DNA of 64,000 bases, from assembly GCA_964252035.1 (NCBI GenBank), contig OZ176204.1; one strand, written 5' to 3'. Source of the DNA: Podarcis erhardii (Eukaryota). The notes beneath the pieces were generated by a model. It searched no databases, was not told where the DNA came from, and saw nothing but the letters and a program-made list of their open reading frames with translations. Of the stretch, positions 1 through 21,492 are shown piece by piece. The first letter of the stretch is position 1. The number at the start of each line of letters is the position of its first letter. The position numbers and the translations under genes were made by a program.

Positions 1-429
1 ACCGATGGCACATGCATGCACAGCGCTGAACCCAGAAGTGACCTGAAAACATCACGAAATGAGTCACTAAAAGGGCAGAACAGGGTGCGGGGAGCTTATA
101 CATGCTCTGCCAATGCATGCTTGGGCCAGGAACAGAACCTCTGTACAAAATGGTCATTTACTGTAACTCCTCTTTCTGGATATATTACTCAGCAGTTTTG
201 TATAATTAGGGGGAAATCCTGACAGCTTCCACAGAAGAGCATATACTTCTGGATTTTGTCTGTGGATTATGTCATCTGGTACAATACACACCAGCTATTT
301 AGCACTTGAAGCAACTGAAACACTCAGAGGAAAAGCAACTTGCACATCATCTGTGACTATTACTTTTTTTAATTACAAAAATCATTAAAATGGACGAACA
401 GTTTCCCTCCACATCTTATAAACTGTTTA

Positions 430-12259
<11,830 letters not shown>

Positions 12260-12268
12260 GATGGAGCC

Positions 12269-12289
12269 CCGCCGCCGCCGCCGCCGCCG
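12269..12289 (-). repeat. (CGG)7 in the ABRAXAS2 5' UTR
   Basis: Read directly; ends 9 nt upstream of the ATG. Confidence 0.9.
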
Positions 12290-12381
12290 CCACCTCCGAC
12301 GACGGTCCCACAAACCACCGCACCTGCGCCTAACCCGGCTCACTCTCGCGCCCGGGCTTCCGGCGAGCGCCGCGAGGCCTC

Positions 12382-12397
12382 CTGGGAAATGTAGTTT
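12382..12397 (-). promoter_or_regulatory. ZNF143/THAP11-type (SBS) motif AAACTACATTTCCCAG
   Basis: Matches the ACTACAnnTCCCA consensus typical of bidirectional housekeeping promoters. Confidence 0.75.
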
Positions 12398-12688
12398 CCC
12401 CCGCGAACCGTTAGAAGCCCATGGGTCTGAGGGAAAAGGCCCCTCAGGAGCACCCGGGGCCTGGCCGTGAAAAGGCGCGGTATAGCGAAATAGCTGCACG
12501 GAGAATGTCAGGATTCGGAGCAAGGCCTTCTTTCATTTCTCGTAACTGGGGCCAGTGGCCCAGCCCCGGTTCCCACCTTTCCGCCAATTATAGGCGGACT
12601 CCTATTGACTGCAATGGAGGTTGAACCGCTTCCTCTTCCCCAGGGGGAGTTAGAGAAGAGGTGACGTAATGGGGGCGGGGCATGGTAC

Positions 12689-12689
<1 letters not shown>

Positions 12690-12723
<34 letters not shown>
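12690..12723. repeat. (TC)17 microsatellite in the shared promoter
   Basis: Read directly. Confidence 0.95.
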
Positions 12724-12725
<2 letters not shown>

Positions 12726-12932
12726 CCCCCCTTCCCGGCTTTTCTTCCTGCCGCGGCAACTGTAGCCTCGGAAACAGCTGGTGCTTCCCAGCCTTACCCT
12801 CAAAACCCCACAGGAAGAGGTTAAAGGAGCAAGGAAGGGCAGGTCCTCCAGAAGCCTAGAGAGGCAAAGATTAAAGAGCTGGGTTGGCAGCGCGCTGCTT
12901 CCTGTCGCGATCGGGCTGGCCGCCGTTTGGCA

Positions 12933-12985
12933 ATGGGCGCCCGGGAGGAGGAGTTCGGCCCTTCGGCCCTGGGCACCAAAGAGCA
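12933..12985 (+). CDS. EEF1AKMT2: EEF1AKMT2 coding exon 1
   Basis: gcaATG GGC GCC CGG GAG GAG GAG TTC GGC CCT TCG GCC CTG GGC ACC AAA GAG CA|gtgagt; the PSALGTKEH motif joins in phase 2 to exon 2. Confidence 0.92.
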
Positions 12986-15900
12986 GTGAGTGCTGCGCCG
13001 CCGCGTGGGGAGCGGCTGGGCTGGAGGCACCGCGGGAAGCTTCGCCTTCCCTTCGCGACGTTTGGGCTGAACCCAAATCCCGTTGATAGAGCTCGATTCT
13101 CCTTGAAGTCAATGGGACTCGACTTGCCTTTACTGCAATGGGACCTGTATTCAGCTTAACCTAGATTGGTCCTAGACGCCCTAATTGAATAAGTCCTCTG
13201 GTTCAGTGGCGAAACTAAGTGTCCTGATGACTTGCCGGAGTCCCCCCCCCCACTTGCTTTTAATGATGTGCAAAACATCATCACCATCATCATATAAAGG
13301 AACGAAAAACCCACTTCGTTATTAATATTTTAAAACAACTTCATTTGTTTTTAGACTAACCCCTGTTAAAATGGTCAGCTGCACGGTTTCAAAAAGCAAA
13401 ACGGAAACAAGGGGTTTAAATCTTGTCCTATGGGGAAGTGGTTTTTTTTTTTTATTTAATTGATTTAAATTATATGTGAACAGTGGTTGCATTCTGAAAT
13501 GCACAGCATTACCTGCCAACTGCATACAAATCGGTGGAGGGGGAAATGTGAAGTTTCTGTTAAATGCAACTCCGTACAAAGTAGAGGAGGGTTACTGTTT
13601 GTATGGCAACTGCCATGGCAATATGGTTTTTAATATTGGCCCTATGAATGAATTCAGAGTAAGTTTGTACATGTGTGTTGGTAAAGCTTTTGTCGACTGA
13701 TCTTCATTAAGTTAATACAGGTTCAGGGCCTTTCTTGGTCCTAGAATACTCTGGATTGTGTGGTGTAGAAAGGGCACCTAAGGGCATGTGCAGAATCTCA
13801 CATCTGGGAGTAGTGTGAGAGAGTTCTAGGTAAAATGTGTGACTATTAGGCTGACTTGAACCAAGTGGTATATTTCATTTTAGAAACTAAAAATGTAAGT
13901 TTAGTTTAGATGTGGTATTCCTCTGAATAACTGTGGTGAGGACTCAAGCAGGGAAAGTTGTGTTGCACTTGTGTCCTGTTCACTGGTTTCCCGTAGGCGT
14001 CTGGTTAATAAGTTTTGCCAGAGGAGCACAACTTCCTTTACTTGCAAATGTTAATTTGCTTACTTTTTGCATATGTAGGTTGTCAGCCAGTGTGCCATGA
14101 CACCCTGGGACGACTTGTTTTTAAGGTTTGAAAACATAGTCATTGTAAGATGTGGTATATTTTTGGGGCGTGGGGGGACGATAAATCATGCAGTGCTCTC
14201 CTGTGTATACTTACTTGTAAGGAGGTACTGCTGCATTCAGTGGAGCTTACTCTTACGTTAGTTGGCATATTCTGCAGCTTCACTGGGACTGGGTCAAGTT
14301 TTGGATCAGTGGTGAGTAGGGTTAAGGTAAAGGATGGGCTCTGGGTTTCTGTGGTAACAGGGTAGCCCCTACTTCCTTGTGTAGTCCTTCCACACTATTG
14401 GATTACAAGATATGAAGCCATTGCAATGTTAACTTCCATGTTGTTTTCTCCCTGTAGTTGGGATGCAGCATATGAACGTGAACTGAAAAATTTTAAGGAA
14501 AATGGTGCTCCTGGTGAGATCTGGCAAGTGTCAGTAACAACATAACATGCTGCATTAAATGTTTTTGCATTATTTTCTTTCTAAAAGTGCATGCAATAAA
14601 ATAAAATGGTACATCTGCTGTTTTGCTTAGAGTACTGGTAATGTGATGCAGAGGTTTTCATTAAAAACACCAGCTCTTGTCTAGGCTAAACCTGTTGCAA
14701 ATTAAAATAGCTAATTATCATGTGGCATCTGTTTTTTATGTGGGAAATGAATTGCTGGCTACAGTCTGCTTGGTAGAGGCCAATTGTTCATATCCCTGAT
14801 GTTTGTCAAAAATTGAATAAGTGCATAGACAAAGTTGCACTGCTGCTTTGTGTTTCTATAGATTAAAAAACAACAACACCAAACCCATCTCATCTTCTGT
14901 AATGTTAACCCAGCAGGTTTCAGAGCCATCCGTTCGCTTACAAAATTAAGCCAAACTAACTTGCAATGTGATCTCTTGAGATTGATGCCGTCATGAAGTG
15001 GATGCATTGCATGAGATTGACAATGTTCGTTTGCCTTTGTTTTGTGTAGTCTAACAGTGTTAGTTACCTGAACCTCTGTTTCTGATTAGGTTTGGTGAAG
15101 AAAGCATGACTCGTTTAATTAGATGGATAGAAAAGCAAAAGATACCCCTGGACAGCTCTGTGCTTGACATTGGAACAGGAAACGGTGTTCTGCTAGTTGA
15201 ATTGGTTGGTATTTGTAAATCTGGTGTTTTTCGATGCAAATCTAAATCTAGTGACAGAGCAAGCAAGAGTTAAAACATTAGCTAAAATGCACAACGTCCA
15301 TGTAATTTAACACTTCAGTGGCCTATCTCCATCTCTATTATTGAACCATAGGAATTCATTCTGAATATGAATTGTTACAGTTCAGTTGCATAAAAATTAT
15401 TGTGTATGTGTTTGTCACTTTAAACTTCCAAAAGTTTTTAAACTGCTTTGAGGGTTTTATTTTACAATTAAGCGGCGTATAAATGCTATGAAATAAATAA
15501 ATAAAATATTATCAAAAGAAGAAGCATCACAAAATCAGCCCAGAGTATCTAAAATGGTTTCATGTGTTACACTGAATTCTCAGTTTATTTCCTATACCCT
15601 TACTCTTCCTCTGATGAGAACCTAAGGCAGCTAACAATAAAAAATGCAGCATTAAAAATAAAAGTAGAACTGCAGTGCACAATACAACATGCAATAATAA
15701 CCAGTGTTACATTATTATACAAACAGTCTCACTCCAGTTATGTTCCAAAGGACTGTCTGAACAAGTAGGTCTTAAATTGCTGCCTGAATTAACATTTGTG
15801 TGTGAGAGAGAGAGGGGGGGGGGGAGAGAGATTTTACATCTCCTTTGTAGTGAGATGTGTGACCTGACTTCAACTAGTATCTGTCTTCTGGTAAGGTTGA

Positions 15901-18900
15901 TTTAAGACTATGGATGTCACGTAGCACTAGAAAGGTGAAAAATTGATTCTGCACACATAACCACTTCTTTTGTGTCAGTGCTGCCTTTGAAAGCACCCTG
16001 TTCTGAGCCAGTTTATGAAATCCACAAATACATCGCTGTAATAGTGTTCTGATGCAACGCTCAGTAGTCTTTTCAGATTACAGCTTGAACTCACCCATGG
16101 AAAGTGTTCAAACTTTGTTATGTAGAAATAGTCCTTGTGGTCTTTCATGCTTGCTTCCTTAAGCAGCCAGGGCAATTTTAGCTTTCCTGAATTTCATCTC
16201 AAATTATCTTTTACATTTGCCCAATATCCTCCAGCTGCTATACTACTTAAAATTCCAAGAACCAGATTACAGCAATAGCTTTTGGGGGCCAACCAAATGT
16301 TACTAAATAGTGAGAAAGTTTTTGAGTTCTCCAGAACTTGCATCAGGCAAAATGGTAAGCAATACAAGGGGAAGGGGAGAGAGAAAAAATGTTGACACCA
16401 ATAAATGGTCTTTAGATGGAACGTTGCCGGCAGTATTGAACATAGTGAAGCTCTGTTAGTTGCATTGCTGAATTTAAGTTGTATCTGCTGCTGCAAAGGA
16501 GAAACATAAGACTGCTGATCCTTCCTTTTTTAGAAATACAAAATCCGGTTGTTGCCCAGATCTGTCTTCACCCTTAGGTGAAAGACACCTTGGTAAATGG
16601 AAAAAGGAACACTGAAAATTAGACAGCACTTACATTAACAATTCTGGAGCCTAATCTTAAGTGGTGGGCCAATATAACTACCTTTATTTGTTGTGTATAT
16701 TGTTTCAGTGCTGTAGCCTGGCATGATGTGGCTTTTGGTGGGGAAAGATACAGGGAATAGCCTCATCCAATCCCCCCCCCCATATTTGCAGGGTGAACTG
16801 AGTGTGGTTTTGGGATCCCACATGAGATTTCTCCCCTTTTCACATGGAGCGTTATCAGTAACACTTAATGTTCAGCCTTGCCTTTAATGCAGTGAATTAG
16901 CCTTTAACAATTTTGTCAACCTAAAAATTGAAATGGAATCTGATTCTTTCATGGGCCCTCTGGAATAAAAGCAGGAATAAATATCAGGAACTATCTTAAG
17001 GTATAGTGTAGGCCTGAAGCTTGGTTGACTTTTCACAGTGATCTAAGTTAGCTGTGACTATGCGGGACTGAAACATAAGGGTCCCACAAAGTATATGAAG
17101 TTTAGAAGAAAAACAGAGCGAAGATATTGTATACATGCATCTGAGATTTAATGCGATAATATCTCTCTTGTAAAATATGTCCTGCAGTTTAGCATCTTTG
17201 ATGCACAAGTGCATGATCTTTGTTGCATTTTCTTCTATAACGTAGCATTGTTTGCTGCCATGTTTCAATCTTGTACAGTCATACCTCGGGTTGAAGTAGC
17301 TTCGGGTTGAGCTTTTTTGGGTTGCGCTCCATGGCAACCTGGAAGTAATGGAACGCGTTACTTCCGGGTTTCGCCGCTCCAGAACGGATCCCGTTTGCAT
17401 CCAGAGGTACCACTGTATAGATTTTCTTCAGAGTAAATGCCATGAAAATCAACTAGTAAGCCAACGAAACATTTAGGGCTTAATGGACTTTTCCTCTCTT
17501 TAGGCCAAATCTGGTTATACCAATCTTACAGGAGTTGATTATTCTTTGCCTGCAGTGCAGCTTTCAAAAAGCATAATGGAAAAAGAAGGGTTGCCTCACA
17601 TTAAGTTGCAGGTAAGTCTTCATGGGTGCAAAATGATAAGAGTATGGGGATAGGAGGGCTTTTCCTATAAAAAAGGCTAAAAATTTGGAATAACTTAGCT
17701 TAGGAAAAAATAACTGAGGGATGGACATTTATAAAATTACGCATGTTGCAGTGAGAGCATAGATAGAATTTTTCTTCCTCTGTCATAAAGCAAAAGCCTG
17801 AGCCCCACCCCCCTTTTGGAAGTTTCAAAAGTTTCCTTGTGTGCTTCTTTACACAAGATGTTGTGATGGGCACTAATTTAAATGGCCTTAATATGGGCTT
17901 AAACACATTTACTGAGGGAAGGTCTATCGTTGGGTGCTGGTCATGAAAACTAAATGGGATTTCCAAAGCCCGTCTTAAACTGAATACCAAACACTGAAAT
18001 TGGGGCAAGTGTCAGGTGAGGCTTTTTGTTTTCACACTTACCTAGAAGTTTCATTGAACATAGCGGGACTTTCTTTTGAATAGGTTTGTACTGTGTATGA
18101 CCCTGGACCAATTACTCCCATATATGGAGATTGCCTCATCTCTTCTAAACTAAAAAGTTGTATGAAATGTTTTTTGGCAGTACACGGAATACATTGCCTA
18201 CCAGGTTTTGTTTACACAATCAAGATTCAGAGCTTATTCTTTCAGGGTTGTTGTCCTGTGACCTCAGTCTCCCATGTTTGGGAATAAGATCTAGATGTCT
18301 CCATCACATTGTATTGCTGATTTTATGCTGCCTTACGTTGATTTTATGTTTTCTTTTTTTAATTAGTCTGTATTTTACTGTTCTTACGAGAAGTGTTTTG
18401 TAAACTGCCCTGTAGATTTTGTTGATGAATGATGCAGCAATATCTAAACAAGCAAATAAATAAAATATCCCTGAATGCCTGGTTTAGGAGTGTTCTGCAC
18501 TTCTTTTCTTTCTATGATCCTAGGAAGGCATAGGCATAGTAGACCTGATAGGAAATATTAAGTAATGACTGCAGTAAGAGGTTTGACAGCTATAACTACC
18601 TTCTACAGGTAGAAGATATTTTAAATCCATCAGATGCATTATCAGACTTTCAGATTTGTATTGATAAAGGGACTTTTGACGCAATCAGTCTGAACCCAGA
18701 CAACGCAGCACAGAAGAGGAAGCAATATGTGAATTCCCTGCACAGAGTGTTGAAGCCTGGAGGCTTTTTCATCGTAACGTCTTGTAACTGGACCAAAGAG
18801 GAGCTGCTCAAAGAGTTCAAAGAAGGTGAGTGCATGCCTCTCTTTAAGGTATTTTGGATATTAAGATACAGTACTAGTGAGAGAGCTTTGTGTCCCGACT

Positions 18901-19524
18901 TAACCTGCTCAGCCTGAATCGATATAGATAGAGCAACCACTGCAAAGTTGTTCTAGGGCTGATGCTTAATATGCTCAGTTGTGTGTGAATTTCTGTGAAG
19001 ATGGTTTCTGCCTGAATACTTGGAATTCAGATGTACTTTTTGCTAACCTGAGCCATCACAGGCAGGTTGATAGAGGAGAAGGCTTTCTTGCAGATAAATT
19101 AACCAAGTTTGTATTTACAGAAGGTAAATAGACTTTGGATTTTCTGGTCCCCAAGCTGTTTTCTGATTCCAGAAGTAATTATTGACATTGGTGGTTGGGG
19201 AAAATTGGAATTACTGGCATGATAGCAGCCTGTTGTCTGTTTATAATACGAGGACTAAATCTTACCTTGGCAATATCGGTCAGCGATATAAAACATACAA
19301 GTCTATAGAAAGTGGTAGAGTCTTCTAATTTGTCTGTGCTCCATTTTGAATTAATATAAATAGCTATCGAATGAGGATATAGCTTCATTTTTTTCCTAAC
19401 AAAAGCATTTTTCTTATGGTTAGCAGGCTTTCATCTTCTGGAGGAACTGCCAACACCCACATTCTGCTTTGGAGGAAGAACTGGAAACAGTGTAACTGCC
19501 TTGGTTTTCCAACAGAAAATATAA
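12933..19524 (+). CDS. EEF1AKMT2: eEF1A lysine methyltransferase 2 (METTL10), complete: join(12933-12985, 14458-14523, 15090-15204, 17504-17611, 18609-18825, 19427-19524), 657 nt, 218 aa
   Basis: Translation MGAREEEFGPSALGTKEHWDAAYERELKNFKENGAPGEIWFGEESMTRLIRWIEKQKIPLDSSVLDIGTGNGVLLVELAKSGYTNLTGVDYS...DKGTFDAISLNPD...TSCNWTKEELLKEFKEGFHLLEELPTPTFCFGGRTGNSVTALVFQQKI. Shows SAM motif I (VLDIGTGNG) and the DKGTFDAI post-II motif; the frame is intact across all junctions. Confidence 0.96.
14458..14523 (+). CDS. EEF1AKMT2: EEF1AKMT2 exon 2 (66 nt), ends at a GC donor
   Basis: ccctgtag|T TGG GAT GCA GCA TAT GAA CGT GAA...GAG ATC TG|gcaagt. Confidence 0.92.
15090..15204 (+). CDS. EEF1AKMT2: EEF1AKMT2 exon 3 (115 nt)
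   Basis: gattag|G TTT GGT GAA GAA...GTT GAA TTG|gttggt; contains SAM motif I. Confidence 0.95.
17276..17415. mobile_element. Tigger/pogo-like MITE (CAGTGGTACCTC TIR family), 140 bp
   Basis: TA|CAGTCATACCTCGG ... AGAGGTACCACTG|TA. Confidence 0.85.
17504..17611 (+). CDS. EEF1AKMT2: EEF1AKMT2 exon 4 (108 nt)
   Basis: ctctttag|GCC AAA TCT GGT TAT...AAG TTG CAG|gtaagt; encodes TGVDYS. Confidence 0.95.
18609..18825 (+). CDS. EEF1AKMT2: EEF1AKMT2 exon 5 (217 nt)
   Basis: ttctacag|GTA GAA GAT ATT...TTC AAA GAA G|gtgagt; encodes DKGTFDAISL and TSCNWT. Confidence 0.96.
19427..19524 (+). CDS. EEF1AKMT2: EEF1AKMT2 last coding exon (stop TAA 19522-19524)
   Basis: tagcag|GC TTT CAT CTT CTG GAG GAA CTG CCA ACA CCC...CAG AAA ATA TAA. 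Confidence 0.94.
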
Positions 19525-19744
19525 AGTTTTCTTTTTAGGTGAACTTTGGATAAGGACTTCATTCTAAATTTCACTGACATTTTGTATAAAAAAATACAGG
19601 TTTCAGAAACAGCTTTCTCTTAACTACTCCTTATTGCTGTATGTCATTATATCAGCATTTTATACTACCTCAAATAGTGCTGGCGCAAATTAGGAACAGC
19701 TACCAATATTACTGATGATGAGACCATACCCATAAAGGCAATTT

Positions 19745-19750
19745 AATAAA
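19745..19750 (+). terminator. Probable polyadenylation signal of EEF1AKMT2
   Basis: First AATAAA after the stop codon, about 220 nt downstream. Confidence 0.55.
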
Positions 19751-21492
19751 CTGTCCGGCAGAGTCAATTGCAATATGTGCAAAAAGTGAGGTGGGGGAGG
19801 GAGGACACTTTGCTGAAGTTTGTAAGTCTCCTGTCCAGGTGCTTATAAATAAGAACGAGGAACATCACATTTCCTGGGGGGAATTTTTGAGTGACAGGAC
19901 TCCACCACGCTTCCCCATATTGTCGGGGGAATATGGCCACAAATTGCAGCTGTGAACGGATTCATCCTACCCATACACTATTTAATTAAAGCATTTTAAT
20001 TCTGCTTTACAGCTGGAAAAGTTATGACAGCAGTTTACAATCTGAAAGACACAGCATAAAAGGGAGGAAAAAAGAAAGGGAGGGGGGAGAAGCAGTATAA
20101 GTCTGCTTCCAGATGGGTGGTTCCTAGTGCAACTCAATCACTTCTCTTCCTTCGAAAGCTATAAGCAGATTGTAGCTGGCTTTCCATACTGTTAGAAGTA
20201 CTGTCCTTTCCCTATCCTTCTGTGTTCTGTCCACCCTAGTGATTGTGCCATGGCTGCTTTGAGTGGGGCCATTTGAGGCTCAACACACATTCACAATGCA
20301 TGTTGTGGTGGGTGCCATTTTGTGATCCCATTTATAATTATTAATCAATCTTCAAATTAGCATTGAAACACTTTTCTATAATTATTTCTGAATAGAAGAC
20401 TTATACCACCATAATGTTACCGCTTGTAATAATGGTGTTACAGTGCTGCAATGCCACAAATACAATAATGGTAATTTTAAAAGAGTTTTAAAAATCATTA
20501 TGATGTCCCAGCCAATTTTGCAACTGAAACGGTTTTGTAAAACAGTTTTATGGTGGGACAGTGCAATATATTTCAAAAATTATAGCTGGAAATTATTTTA
20601 GTGCTAATTATAGATGAAAATCAATGGGATTGTAAAGCAGCACCCATTGTAAAGACTTTGCTGAAAGTGAGCTGAGCTGCCATAAGGTTCACTTGAACAA
20701 TTAATCACTGCTGTCGAAACATAATCTTTTGAAAAGATAGAAGGGTATTGCTAAAGTCACCTATACCTGTGGGCGCTGCACTTTTCTATTTTTCTGAAAA
20801 ACGTTGGACTTTCTGTGGTCTGAGAAAAGATTGAAGAACAACAAAGAAAATACAGGTTGACAGTGTTGGGATGTCTGTGCCATGCAGATGCACGGTCAAA
20901 AAAACATGGATCAGACACAGCATTTCCCACATTTAGTATCTTCAGGCACCAGTTATTAAAGTTAAAATAGTTAGACCATTGTTTCCCCCCTGGCTTCACA
21001 AAGTCTTCTTTTTAATCCCAAGTCTTCGCCTGCAAACATCAGATACCCATCCAATTAGATATAAGGGTGCTCCTATTGCCATAAATGGCCATTTCATGTG
21101 CGTTTCACTGCTATCCTGGAATGCAAAGGATGCATTACTGAGGGAAGAGTGCACACTGCACAGAGGAGCTTCAATACTGAAATGGAATCACGACAGAACT
21201 CCAGTTTGTGTTGGACCTAAATAGCGTGGACCCTGTTTATGTTAGAAGAATCTAAAACCGAGAATTCATACGCTTCTTTCATTGCTTATTTCTCAGAGGT
21301 TTTTTGCTGATAACTCCTGGTATTCAGAATACTCTTCCAGATCATTTACCCTGTTGTCTGATTTCAAGCCAAAAGGGTGTTAAAGAAGATGAGGATGAAT
21401 GGCTGGTAATTCCCCCAAATCATCCAAGGTGAGATTACACCTCCAGACTGGAAAGGAAACTTGAGTGCTGGCCCAAGTGCTTGCTAGTTTTA

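Noticed and set aside
12933-12950. Met-Gly start of EEF1AKMT2 as an N-myristoylation signal
   Set aside because: MGAREEE has acidic residues at positions 5-7 and lacks the preferred Ser/Thr at position 6.
13205-13240. GAAA...CTGATGA arrangement resembling a type II hammerhead ribozyme
   Set aside because: The cleavage triplet would be GUG (not NUH), stem I is absent, and the base after CUGAUGA cannot close stem II.
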